From NCBI GenBank assembly GCA_964016885.1, contig OZ024742.1, positions 251,286,001 to 251,350,000 of the forward strand: a stretch of 64,000 bases of DNA. The letters run 5' to 3'. Source of the DNA: Eledone cirrhosa (Eukaryota). The position numbers and the translations under genes were made by a program. Under the pieces are notes generated by a model that ran no database searches, had not been told where the DNA came from, and saw only the letters and a list, made by a program, of their open reading frames with translations. This document shows positions 12,600 through 25,868 of the stretch, one piece after another; position 1 is the first letter of the stretch; each line of letters opens with the position of its first letter.

Positions 12600-14300
12600 T
12601 GACCCTTCATTTGAGTAGAATTCATCTTACTCAATCTGGTCTATCTTAGAAATGTGGTTTTTGTAGGGTTTGTTTCACTCAGTGGCAACTGCCTACGAAA
12701 TATGGTTTAACTCTATTTCGCGGAGTCTACCTTAGAAATAAGATCTAACTTACTCAGTATAGTCTCAATCTCTCTGTGGGTTCTATCTAAGAAGTGGAGA
12801 CCATCCGAACGTTAGAAACCACTACTATCTCTGAACGCTTGAACTCTTTCTTCTTCGCCCACTTATTCCTGGGAGAGTCGTGGAAGAAGACTTCTCAAAC
12901 ATGCCTTCCAGCAGGTCCTGTCAGAATTAACCATCTCCAATTGATCCGGCTGGATCCCCATGGAAGAGACCAGGCCGAGCTCATGGATGTTATCCAACCA
13001 TCTTGCTCGGTTTCTAGCCCTGGGACTCCTGTTGGTCGGTTTTGCCCGTAAAATCTGTCCAGCGATTCTTTCCAGAGACATTCCAACAACATGCCATCAC
13101 CCAAGATTCATGACCACAGGTAAGGGTTGGCACGAATTCCGAATTAAAGATAGCGAGTTTGGTTTTTACACCTACCTCACTTCTTCTGATGACTGAATGC
13201 TGATGCTGGCGCATTGCTATACCAGTTGCACTTTATTCAGCCTCCTGCCTTTCATCACGCGTGAACACGGCCCCGAGATACTTGAACTTCTCCAACTGCT
13301 TCAGTGGAACTCTACTCACATGTAGAGAGCACTACGCAGGCTTCCTTGAGAGGATGAGTGTCTCAGTCGTCGCAGCACTGATTTTCAGTCCTGCAGTGCA
13401 ACACTCAGCATGTAAATCCTGTCCATAAACATTATGAACAGGAGCGGTGACAGTATGCACACGTAGGAGAGTCAGACATACACGTTGAATAGTTTTGACT
13501 TAGCACCATTTATCCAAACACAAATACTAGGGCATGTGTATATAGACATCAGAGCAACAAGAAGCTATCCATAGATCTCATACCCATGCAGAACCTTCCA
13601 CAACAGGTCTCGTGGAATGCGGTCATGTGTATTTTTGGTGTCTATGAAACAAACATACATCTTTTGGCAATACTCCCACGATTTCTTAAAGAATAGTGTG
13701 AATAGTTAGTCGGCTGTGATGCGTCCGGGGCAAAAACCACACTGTTCGTCAGCTAGCTTGTACTCGACAATATCTCGACATCTTTTTGCCAGACACTTAG
13801 CATCGACTTCACTGTGGGGGCTTAACAAGGAAATCCTTCTTTAATTGAAGCAATCTCTCTTGTCTGCCTTTTTGAAAATCGAGATTATTACTCCTGGTTA
13901 CCATTGCTTTCCAGAGACCCAGGCCATCCGTCACACACAAAGTCAGCTCGAGAAAACCTTTTCTACATAAGGCATTTAACATCTCGGGCCGAATTTCATC
14001 CTCCCAGCGGCCTTGCCACATTAGAACGCTTTAATTGCTCTTGTGACCTCAACCACAGAGAGGTTAGTCATCGCTCCCGGGTGCATCTTTTCTGGCGTCA
14101 CACCTCCATCCAAATCTACAGTACAAGAGCCACGGAACTTTGTTGGGGAAAAATCGACTATACCTAGCGGGTAGCATCTAGCCTCCTCCACTAGTCCATT
14201 CTCCTTTCCTGTAAAAGCTGTAATGTTGCAGTTACCAATTGTCCGAACCCTCTATGGAGTCTCGGGATACATAACCTTTGTGCTTTCCATCTCACGTCTA
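12600..14300 (-). mobile_element. Decayed RTE-clade LINE (same family as 5040-5830)
   Basis: EDEIRPEMLNAL, KFKYLG, TKLAIFNSEFVPTLTCGHESW, RARWLDNI motifs on the minus strand; shares AATTCGGCCCGAGATGTTAAA with the 5.2-kb copy. Confidence 0.8.
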
Positions 14301-15284
14301 CCAGGACAGCTCGCAGGTCCATCGCCAGTTCTTTCAGCGTTGAATGGAAACTGGTATATATTATTCGAATAGAGTAACTAGGGTATGGCAAGCATGGCAC
14401 GTGCCATGGGCGTCACATGAAGGGGGCGTCACTGGACTAGGAGCACGTTCTATTAAAGTCAAATAAGCCTATACGGAGAGTGAAAAAAGACACTCCTTCA
14501 GATGTATAATCTGTCTCTGATTATCATGGGTGAGAACACTATGGTGGCTGAATCATTTATATAAATTATTAGGCCCATAGATAAAAATACAGTGTTGGGC
14601 AGGGGCGCAATTACACTGCTTGCCATGGATGCTGTTTTCCCTAGTTATGTCTCTGCCCCTCTACCTAAGGCCTGGACGCGTCCTTTGTTATCCCGCGCGA
14701 ACGATGCGGTATGACTGCCTTTGTTGTGTCTAGCCATATTGCAGTGATTTGGTGATTTTATTCGCGCCAGTCACCAATTTGCTACTACGTTTCTCAAACC
14801 CGCGAAGACTAGGCTTTTTTAGAGGCGGCATTTACTCGCCTCGTTGTAGCTACGTCACAAGGTTGTGATTTTTTTTTTTTTTGAGAGCTAACAATGTCAC
14901 CCATTGCTTCATCTTCGCTAATCGTTTACCGCTTTTGGTCCAGGACTGCTTATTCGTCCTGCAGGAAGCCACTTATACCGCAACTAGCCATCATATCTTG
15001 TGGCTGTATCACTATCCACCACATGCGAACCTTTCTCTAGCAGAACAGCTCTGCCGAGAAAACACCTGAACTTAAAGGATTAATTGATGGAAGAATGTGC
15101 GCGGGCGCATGTCTATGTGCGTGTGTGCGAGAAGAACTGTACGCGTTTCTCTATCTGTTTGTCTGTCTGGTGTGTGTATGTGTGAACATGTGTGGGAGGA
15201 TTTTTTTTTTAATAAGCAGAACTAATTCCAGATTATATCTAGAGAGGGAGAAGGAGGAGAGGCCAACAGAATGAGAAAGAGATT

Positions 15285-16900
15285 TAACCATCACCACCAC
15301 AACCATAAACACCACCAAGGCCATAACCTTTACCACCACCTCCATAACCACCACCACAACAACCATCACCACCACAACCATCACCAACATAAACACCACC
15401 ATGGCCATAACCTTTACCACCAGCTCCATAACCACCACCACCACAACCATCACCACCACGGCCATAACCTTTACCACTACCTCCATAACCACCACGACAA
15501 CAATCATAACCATCACAACCATCACCACCATAAACACCACCACGGCCATAACCTTTACCACCACCTCCATAACCACCACCACAACAACCATCACCACAAC
15601 CACCACCACCACTATAACCATCACCACTATAACCACTACCACCACCTCCATAACCACCACCACAACAACCACCACAACCACCACCACCACCACTATAACC
15701 ATCACCACTATAACCACTACCACCACCTCCATAACCACCACCACAACAACCATCACCACCATCACCACTATAACCACTACCACCACCTCCATAACTACCA
15801 CCACAACAACCATCACCACAGCCACCACCACCACTATAACCATCACCACTATAACCACTACCACCAACCTCCATAACCACCACCACAACAACCATCACCA
15901 CTATAACCACTACCACCACTTCCATAACCACCACCACAACAACCATCACCACAACCACCACCACCACCACTATAACCATCACCACTATAACCACTACCAC
16001 CACCTCCATAACCACCACCACAACAACCATCACCACCATCACCACTATAACCACTACCACCACTTCCATAACAACCACCACAACAACCATCACCACAACC
16101 ACCACCACCACCACCACTATAACCATCACCACTATAACCACTACCACCACCTCCATAACCACCACCACAACAACCACCACCACCACCACCACTATAACCA
16201 TCACCACTATAACCACTACCACCACCTCCATAACCACCACCACAACAACCATCACCACCATCACCACTATAACCACTACCACCACAACAACCACCAACAC
16301 CACCACCACTATAACCACTACCACCACTTCCATAACCACCACCACAACAACCACCAACACCACCACCACTATAACCACTACCACCACAACAACCACCAAC
16401 ACCACCACCACTATAACCACTACCACCACAACAACCACCAACACCACCACCACTATAACCACTACCACCACTTCCATAACCACCACCACAACAACCATCA
16501 CCACAACCACCACCACCACCACCACTATAACCATCACCACTATAACCACTACCACCACCTCCATAACCACCACCACAACAACCATCACCACCATCACCAC
16601 TATAACCACTACCACCACTTCCATAACCACCACCACAACAACCATCACCACCACCACCACTATAACCACTACCACCACTTCCATAACCACCACCACAACA
16701 ACCATCACCACAACCACCACCACCACTATAACCATCACCACTATAACCACTACCACCACCTCCATAACCACCACCACAACAACCACCACCACCACCACCA
16801 CCACTATAACCATCACCACTATAACCACAACCACCACCGACATAACCGTCACCACTATCACGACAACTACCACTACTACCATCATAACCATCAACACTAC
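15285..16900. repeat. ACC/CAC-rich compound satellite
   Basis: Tandem ACCACC/ACCAT/ACTATA units; source of the poly-H/T/V/G ORFs. Confidence 0.92.
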
Positions 16901-16994
16901 TAAGAATCGATAAAATAGTATCATATTTACATACATTATGAACATATTGTTCACACACACACACATCATATATATATATATATATATACACACA

Positions 16995-17325
16995 CAGTTG
17001 TCCCCCGGTATTCACGGGGGTTACGTTCCTAGATCACCCGCGAAGAGTGAAAAACCGCGAATATTGGACGTGGTCCATAAAAATGCCTATAAACGTCAAA
17101 ACATAACGTAAAATACAGGCCAGTAAATACGGTATATTGTTATTAATAATTTAGTGTTAAAAAGCGTTAAAAAATATATATATTGCCACGAAAAAAAAAC
17201 ATTAAAAAATCGCGGAAGATTTCTATGATTTCGCGAATATGCGTTGGTTTCCACGAACAATTATTAGGTAGGTTCTAAAGAAAATTAAGCGAATAACCAA
17301 GACCGCGAATGCCGGGTGTACACTA
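16995..17325. mobile_element. pogo/Tigger-like MITE
   Basis: Starts CAGTTGTCCCCCGGTATTCACGG and ends CCGCGAATGCCGGGTGTACACTA (imperfect TIRs); no ORF. Confidence 0.55.
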
Positions 17326-17521
17326 TATATACGCAAAAATAAGCATTCACACTTAGACAGGTACACATTATTTTACCACGCTTCGTCTTATGTTTATCTT
17401 CCTCTTTCGTTTTCGGTTTCTCTCTTTTTTTCTTTCTTCTCACTCTCACACAAACTCTCCAAGATGAAAATCAAATGCCGAATAACAATAACAATGATGA
17501 TGATGATGATGATGATGGTGA

Positions 17522-17775
17522 TGGTTTCTGATTTAGGCACAAGGCCAACAATATTTGTAGGGGTAGGGGCGAGTCGATTAAATAGACCCAGTGCATTACT
17601 GGTGCTTTATTTCATCGACTCAGTAATGATGAAAGGCAAAGCAAATAATAATTATTATTTCTTTTTACCGCCGAGGTTAATTTTGCCTTTAATCCTTACA
17701 GGATCGATAAAATAAAGTACCAGTAATGCACTGGTTTAATTGTTGGCCTTGTGCCAAAAGAAGAAACAATTATTT
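17522..17775. mobile_element. Two truncated tRNA-derived SINE 3' ends in inverted orientation
   Basis: GGCACAAGGCCA...GATGAAAGGCAAA (minus copy) followed by TTTGCCTTT...TGGCCTTGTGCC (plus copy). Confidence 0.7.
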
Positions 17776-18135
17776 CTTTTTATAATAATAATAATTCTTT
17801 CTTTCTGATATCGTCAAATGGAAAATCGATTATATATAGAGACCTACTACTTAACTGATATTTTTATAATATTATCGACCTCGAAAGTCGATCTCGGCGG
17901 GATTTGAGCTCAAAATATAAAGAGCCAGAACTAAACACCGCAATGCATTTGTCCGACGCTCTAGCGACTCTGTAAAAATCTACAGTCTAGTAATGATAAT
18001 GGTTTGTACTTTAAACACAAAACTAGCTGGATAATGTTGATAATGACGTTGATGATGATGATGATGATGGTGGTAATGATGAAGATGCTGATAATAATGA
18101 TGATGGTGATGACGGCGACAGTGGTGATGATGATA

Positions 18136-18204
<69 letters not shown>

Positions 18205-19785
18205 GCGATGGTGGTGGTGCTGCTGCTGATGATGATAATTACATAAATGAATGAGAATGCTAGAAATTCATTACGGAATCAAATACAATGAAGGCGACGA
18301 CAGTGTAATAATGTATAGTGCGGTGTGCGAAGGATGGTGAGAATGTTGGTCTGATATGAACGGAATAACAGAATGAATTGAGGGAATACTCGAGGAGGTT
18401 GCAATTAAAAAAGGAAGTGTTGCTGGTGCAGGAGGGTGGTGGAGGAAGAGAAGGTGATAATTGATAAAAGAAAGAAGAAGGAGAAGATGAAGAAGAAGAA
18501 ATGATGACGATGACCCACCTAACCTATCTACCTATCAGGGAATATTTGAGGGTCTTGCAGTTAATGATATGGTGATCAAGAGTGGTGATGAAGAAGGGTT
18601 AATTTTGGTTGAGAAGTGAAGAAATGAAGAAGAAGAAAGAACGAACGACGACCTACCAAGAATGCGAGTTTTGTCCAAGATTTGGGACTTCCGTTACTGT
18701 CCATTGTTGGGTTATGTAAGAATATAATATCTCTCCCCCGTTAGGTTGACATCATTGATGTGAGATGGCAAGTCACAAGTGACGCCACACTTGACACAGC
18801 AACAGCAGTAGTAATAACAGCAATAGTAGCAGTAATAACAACAGAATTAGCAGCAGTAATAACAACAGCAACAAAATCAGCGGCAGCAGTAGACGGTGGC
18901 AGGGATGGCTTAAAATTAACAGATGCAGTGGGAGGGAAAGGAAGAATAGAGAGATACAGGGATGGAAGGATAGGTGGATAATGAGATAGGAAGATAGAGT
19001 AAGACGGAAGGAGTGAACGTGAGGGAAAGTGGGAGAGAAAGCATAAGATGAAGTGAATGAGAACAAGAATATATATAGATATTTATATAGTGAAAGAGAG
19101 AGAAAGATAGACGAGAGGTAATGAGGGAGGGAATTATTGTAAAATAGAAGGAATGAGTGGAAGTGGGAATGAGAAACAGCCAAAGTGGTAGAAAGGAAAA
19201 ATTGAATAAAGGGGAAGTGGGAGTGCAAGCTGGAATAAGGAGTGAGTCGGTGTGTGTGATGGATAATGAGGGAGGAAGATAGCGTAAGATGAAGAAAGAG
19301 TGAGATTGAGGGAGAGATAGACAGAGGGAGAGACAGACAGACAGTAGAAAATTAAGTGAAGAAGAATTAAAATTCAAAGCTAGCAGTGTGTGAAACGTAG
19401 AGAAAGAGAGGGGTTAAAAAGAAGAGTAGGTCAATGCAGTGAGGATGGAGTAGGAGGAAAGAATTAGGTACAGAATGGTAAGAGGTATTACATAAAGTGA
19501 TTCAGTGAGAGAGAGTGAGATAAAGAGAAAGAGAAAAAATAGAGAGATCAACAGAGCGAGTGGTGGAACGAATAGCCTAATGTAAAACAAGGGGAGGAAG
19601 CACTTAGCACCAGTCAAGAAAAAAAAGGACATGTTGAGTACACAAGTTGCTGGGACGATCACGGCTGGAACGTCTTTAGGCGTAGTACATCCCGAAAACG
19701 GCAGACCAGGGGCTAAACAGCAACAAAAAGATGTATCCTGCCATTCCACCTACCTTGTATTCAAAGTATATATTTATATAAGTAT

Positions 19786-19844
<59 letters not shown>

Positions 19845-20160
19845 TAATTGTTTCTACTTTAGGCACAAGGCCAGCAATTACCCAGTGCATTACTGGTACT
19901 TTATTTTATCGACCCCGTAAGGATGAAAGGCAAAGAAATGGAAACTATATTTATAAAACTATATTTATTTTATTATACATATTTCAAGGGCAACCAAGGC
20001 AAATTATGGTGCGCTTTCATCAGATAAAATACAGATTTGTTTTATAAATAAATATTGACATACCCGGAAAAAAAGACAACCTTATATATATATTTAATTA
20101 TGTAATAAACAACACAATCAGAGCACTCGATATTTGGGGTAGTAGACTATGGTTATATGA

Positions 20161-20250
20161 AAGAGTCGGGACCCCGACAGCTGAGCTCTTGATAAGACTG
20201 GAACTAGCTGTTGAAACGGCAAGAGCTCAACCGTCGGGGTCCCGACTCTT
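20161..20250 (+). repeat. Long hairpin enclosing a degenerate hammerhead-like core
   Basis: About 28-bp imperfect stem (AAGAGTCGGGACCCCGAC...GTCGGGGTCCCGACTCTT) around TTGATAA-GAC...GTT-GAAA. Relatives at about 27600-27700 and 34690-34730. Confidence 0.65.
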
Positions 20251-20679
20251 CCATACATACATACATACACACACACTCTCTATCACATCATGCATCGAGT
20301 ATTATCTGATTTGTGGTCGATATATAAGACTAAATTTATTTTTTCTTTACCTTGTTGATATTTAGCCCCATATTGAAAGGCCTAAAACTACAGACCTATA
20401 TATTAAACAGGATCCCAGTCGTGCCAATTTCATCTTCTATTCAGTCACGGTTTATATATACAACATACATCAATATGAACGTCCTTTTATAAAAGACTGT
20501 AGAGTGTGGTTATGAGGGAGAATTAACAGCTATTTGCAGCAGATGGTGCTATAGAGTTCATATGTCTAGTGATATGTTAGATGAATGTCTCATATGGGCT
20601 GTAGAAGCCATGAACTTGGGCGCAGTTAGCAAGGCGAAAAGCTATAACGAGAATTTAAGACAAGCTGACCATAAGAACT

Positions 20680-21340
20680 CTTGTATGCTGATGATCTCGC
20701 CTTTACAGCACTACCTGTAGAAAAATTAGGGAAGAAATTCTAGGCTTGGTAGAAAAACTCTGAATCAAAAGCCTTGAAGTATATTTAGCAAATATTAGTA
20801 AGTAGGAAAAAAAAACAAAAATAAGATACTGCTACCATCGGGTAAATGGCTGGGCTCAATGTGCAGAAAAGGAATGAGTAGAAACTCCATACAGCACACA
20901 GTGTGTACACAGGACACGCAAGAGGTGTAGTGGAACCACAGGATGGCTGAAAAAGAAGTTAGATTTCATATGTGACAAATATATATGTAACCCGTGGCCA
21001 GGCCCTAAGTTTCTAGGTGTTTTTGTCCACCTCTGGCATTTCAATCTTTCACCTCACTACAGCAAAAATAAATAAATAAATGATAAATTGACAGGCCTAG
21101 ACTTTAGCTTACTAAATATTACGAGCCTGAGTTTATAGCAGTAGTTAGTAATAATGAAATAAACTCCCTCAAATGCTCAGGAAGGTCACGAGAAATAGCT
21201 GCCATACTTTGCTGCTAAGGTAAAAAGTGTGATAACAGGTTGGAAGAAGTTCCTGGAGATGTTACCTCTGCTGATAAAAAAAAAAAGTGTTTTTATTTCA
21301 GAGTGAAAGGGAGATTGAATGATGACTGTTTCTAATGCTA
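20680..21340 (+). mobile_element. Highly decayed RTE LINE fragments including the PHD-like region
   Basis: ELLYADDLAL, PSGKW, HRTRKRCSG and TGWKKF remnants, homologous to the 31598-34591 ORF. Confidence 0.65.
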
Positions 21341-21925
21341 CACCCCCCCCCCCCCCATACCACTCATCCCTCCCACTTCTCTGGCCCTACTTTTTTTCAT
21401 TTCTGACCTCTATTTTTTCGCCATTTTTTTCTAAATTATGTATTATCCATTTAATGATCCAATTTATAATGAAATACTCTTTATCTTAATGAATTAATGT
21501 AAATTTTGAAGATTTTTGCGAAAATTATTAATCATTTCATTACATAAACCATAATTTAAAATATGGTTCTTATATAAAATATGGTTCTTATATGTTGGAG
21601 GATTTTAATTTAAATAGGAACAGTTCATGAGGGTAGTTTTGTTTAATACAACCAGAACTGGTTTTGGACGGGTTACATCTAGAAACTCCGTCTAAATGTT
21701 GTCACTCATTGTTTAAACATTTGAAGTGCTTATGTGTTTCTACAATTCTCTTTCAAGGGAAATAACTCTCAACTTTATTTATACTTTGTTTTTTTTTTCT
21801 CTACACAGCAACATTTCGAAGTTTGGTATTATTTATATTTACAGTTGTGTTTATATGTTGTAGACCCCTCCAATCCAATCCTGATCCAGCAGACCCTTGA
21901 TTTATAATATTTATACTTGATCTAT

Positions 21926-21972
21926 ATGGAGAAATATGAAAAGATTAAAGTTGTTGGACGAGGTGCCTACGG
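21926..21972 (+). CDS. NEK8: Serine/threonine kinase NEK8, coding exon 1
   Basis: MEKYEKIKVVGRGAYG (Gly-rich loop); donor GTAGGT, phase 2. Confidence 0.92.
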
Positions 21973-22090
21973 GTAGGTTGTTTATGCTGTTATACATTGA
22001 AACGTACCTAGAATAAAATTGTTATAAGTCTAAATTTGTCATTCGCTCTCAATTCATATATATATATAACTATGAATAAAACATTTACTC

Positions 22091-22149
<59 letters not shown>

Positions 22150-22448
22150 TGGGTGTTTTAAATACTAGTGTATGTAAACACTCAAACATTAATTGAATGA
22201 GCATTCAACATATGCGAGCAGTGTTGTTTAAAAAAAACATTTGTGGTTAATAAAAAAAAAATTCCCATTTACATTTATAATGTTTGATTTTCCGAAGAAA
22301 AAGCTGGTAGTGACTTCGAAGTTTAGGCGAATGTTTTATCTGGCTGCACTCACACACACACACATATATATATTAGTCTTCAAATTTATTATTATTACTA
22401 TGTATATATATATATATATTAGTCTTCAAATTTATTATTATTACTATG

Positions 22449-22480
<32 letters not shown>

Positions 22481-22792
22481 ATTGAAGAACTTTGGCATAA
22501 CGGAATTTGTGATCGTATATGTATGCATAACTGAAATTGTGAGTGTGGTTATATCACTATATAAGTGTGTATACAGCCTATACACCTAGATATGAATGTA
22601 TAACAAAGAAGCGCTGCTAAAACCTCTGAAAGTGTTTTTAAAAAGTTTTATAGTTTTTTCTGATAGTCTCTCTCTCTGTCTCTCGCACACATACACACAC
22701 ACATACGCGCAGCCTATGATTTTCAAATCACTTTGAAAATAAAAATTTAGAAGGATTTAGTAATATAACTAACTTCCTCATTATTAGGCTGG

Positions 22793-23160
22793 TTCTCTCA
22801 GGTCCCATATAATAGGTGAGTGGAATAAGCGGGGGGAGGTGGAAAATCGGGAATTTTTCTAGGTTGTCTCCGTTGATTTTTTTAAAAACCAGAATTAGTC
22901 GTTTAGTTTACATATTGAGACCCCCCCCTTTATTTTATAACTTAGGGGATTTCTAGTATAGCATACTTTTTTTGTCGTGTATAATGTTTTTAATGTATAA
23001 AGAAAATTAATTGTCGCAGGAATGCTACTTGAAATAACATTCACCGGAGATAGATTAGCAAAATTTAATAAATGGGGGGGGGGGGATAAGAGTTGGGGAG
23101 TGGAAAAAATCTGAAAAATTAATTAGCGGTGGGACGACGATTATTTGAGACACGAGAGTA
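22793..23160. mobile_element. MITE-like element in intron 1
   Basis: Imperfect TIRs TTCTCTCAGGTCCCATATAA / TTATTTGAGACACGAGAGTA. Confidence 0.45.
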
Positions 23161-23334
23161 TTTGGAACATAACAATTCATACATAAAATTATGATAGAAA
23201 GTATTTAAATAAATATATAGACACTTTAAAAAATACAGCTTTGTTTCTTAGAAATAGAGATGGTTTGAAGCAGTTTTGTATTTCAAGGGGGTTAAATAGG
23301 ATTATTGGTGATGATTTTCTTCTAATTATTCTAG

Positions 23335-23540
23335 AACTGTCTACCTTTGCTGCCGGCTGAGTGACAAAAAGTTACTAATCATCAAACAGATACCTGTTGA
23401 ACAGATGACCAAAGATGAAAGACAAACTGCATTAAATGAGGTGAAAGTTCTGTCGATGCTTAACAACCCATTCATTATCAAATATTATGAAAACTTTCTG
23501 GAAGATAAAGCTTTAATGATTGTCATGGAATATGCGCAAG
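23335..23540 (+). CDS. NEK8: NEK8 coding exon 2
   Basis: TVYLCCRLSDKKLLIIKQIPVEQMTKDERQTALNEVKVLSMLNNPFIIKYYENFLEDKALMIVMEYAQ; AG/GT boundaries; phases match neighbours. Confidence 0.95.
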
Positions 23541-23814
23541 GTTTGTATATTTTATACCACTTCTACTGTTAATTGATAGTAGGTGGTGTGTAATATATTA
23601 CAGTGTGTATATTTCACAGTGGGTTGTATGTCTAATATATTATAGAATGTATGTTTCACACTGGATGATGTGTATATTTCAGTAGCATGTGTGTATATTT
23701 CACTGAGGGTTGTGTGTATATTTCACAGTGGGCTGTGTGTTTAATATATTACAAAGTGAATATTTCACAGTGGGTGGTGTGTTTAATATATTATAGTATG
23801 TATATTTTAGAGTG

Positions 23815-24800
23815 TGTGTAAAGCATTGCCTGCAAGTTTGTAAAAGACAAACTGTTAACAATGGTCCTTTACTGCGGACTTGTTATTGAACTGGGTAGGA
23901 GAAAACGGTCTTCTGGTGAGGTGCGAAACAAGACCTGAACTTTAGGGGTAGATCGCTCTTTCTTACATTTGCCAATGTATGTCATCTAATAAATAACTGT
24001 TCAACAGATCACAATTTGTTGTTATTATACATATAGTTTGACTACAGTTCTGGCCAAAGCGAGCTCAAGTATGGGTCACACAAGCCAAGACACAGTTCAC
24101 CATCAAAAATATCACCTCAGATTTGACAAACTACTCATTTGTTACAGCAGCCCTGAAGAGAAAACAACAACAAGGGTGGTAGACCTCATAATCAGGCCAC
24201 AACCTGCTTATAAATATGAGGCAGTAAAACATAGACTCATTAAAACTTTCTGGTTAAGTGATCAACCTTTACTGGATTGCTCATACCTACTGACCATGGT
24301 CGACTGCTTCACTCATTTGCCTGAGGTCATACCTCTCCACAGTACGGAAACACAGGAAATCACCCACGCCTTCGTTACAAACTGGATTGTCCATTTCAGT
24401 GTCCCAGACAGCATCTCATCTGACTGCAGACCTCATTCACCTCAAAGCTGTGGAATGACATATTAGCTTTTTGGCATCAACACGAAACACACAACAGCCC
24501 ATCAACCCCAGGCCAATGGCTTAGTGGTGAGATTTCACTGCTACTTGAAGGAATCCCTCATAGCTAGATTTAATGGGCTCAACTGGATCAACTAACTTCT
24601 AGGGGTAATCCTGGGAATTTGCACTGCTCCAAAAGAAGACCTCAACACTTCTGCGGAAATGTCGTACAGTGCTCCACTTACTGTACCAGGCAAATTCATC
24701 CCAAACACAAAGTCAGACTCAGATAGCAAAAAGTATGTTGAATAACAGAGAGACAATGTGGGCCAGTTGCACCCTAGTCCTATGTCAGTGCATGGTACAG
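23815..24800 (+). mobile_element. Internally deleted Ty3/gypsy element (putative LTR, gag N-terminus joined to integrase core)
   Basis: Gag-like TTRVVDLIIRPQPAYKYEAVKHRLIKTF joined to integrase YLLTMVDCFTHLPEVIPL...FSVPDSISSD...PQANGLVVRFH. TG...AATAAA...CA segment at about 23815-24031. Confidence 0.75.
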
Positions 24801-24819
24801 TGTGTATATATATCACAGT

Positions 24820-25100
24820 GGAGGCATGTGGCCTAGTGGTAAGGGTGTTACAACCATAATGTTTTGGGTTTGATTCTTGGACTGGGTTGTGTGTTGTGTT
24901 CTTGAGCAAAACATTTCATTTCACATTGTTCTGGTATATTCAGTTGAAAATAAGTACCAGCAATAGCTGGGGGTTTAACCCTATGACGGACTTGTATCCT
25001 GTTCAGAGGGGAGTCTTGTATTCTCAGTCGCTTGACATCACAAAACCGGGATAAGCACCAGCTTGACAAGCCTCTGGGCTTGAGGCAGACTTGACTTGAT
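24820..25100 (+). mobile_element. tRNA-derived SINE, family 2 (CORE-like body); other copies at about 720-850(-), 38745-38890, 40045-40320, 48980-49220
   Basis: Box A TGGCCTAGTGG, box B-like GTTTGATTC, and GTTCTTGAGCAAAACA.TTCATTTCACATTG shared by several copies. Confidence 0.7.
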
Positions 25101-25813
25101 ATACAGTGATATATTGCAGAGGTAGGGGTGTATATTTCACAATGGGTGTTGTGTAATATATTACAGTGTGGGTGATGTGTGTAGTATATTACAGTGTATA
25201 TATTTCAGAGTGTGTCACAATCTGTATATTTCACGGTGGGGGAGTGGAGGGTGTAATATGTTACAGTGTCTATATTTCACAGTGAGAGGCGTGTAATATA
25301 TTGTAGTGTATATATTTGATAGGTGATGTATAACATTATAGTGTGTATATAATATAGTGGGTGTTGTGTAATATATTATTGTGTGTATTTCACCCTAGGA
25401 GGTATTATGTTACAGCATGTATATTCTACAGTGAAACGTTTGATCAGCATATTATTGTGTGTACTAGACATGACCAGGGATGGTGAAAACTGACTTCAAG
25501 AAACTACACCTGAGACAAAGTAAAGAGATAAGTGGGGAAATGCTGTGCTGGAGAGGTTTAATCTAACCCATAGAATTATAGGAAAGCCAACATAAAAACA
25601 ATAATTAGATATATATATATGTGGGTGTGTGTGTGTTCAGCAAACCAAAGATGTGGGCTCGTGTCAATACTCATCCTTTTTTCCATTCAGAGGTTTTTTT
25701 AAAATCCCAACAAACAGACTGATTCCATTTAGTCAAGTACGGCATAAGCACATGTTACTACCTAATTTTCAAACTCGCTAGCCATTTGTAAACAAACCCT
25801 GCTTTGTGTCTCC

Positions 25814-25868
<55 letters not shown>

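Noticed and set aside
15151-17015. His-rich, Gly-Cys-Tyr-rich and Val-rich ORFs (superficially like beak or shell structural proteins)
   Set aside because: Multi-frame openness of an ACC satellite, no signal peptide, and the starts fall in TA/TG microsatellite.
21672-21686. RFX X-box-like GTTACATCTAGAAAC upstream of the ciliary gene NEK8
   Set aside because: Two mismatches to consensus, overlaps the end of a dispersed repeat also seen at about 53150-53330, and the transcription start is unknown.
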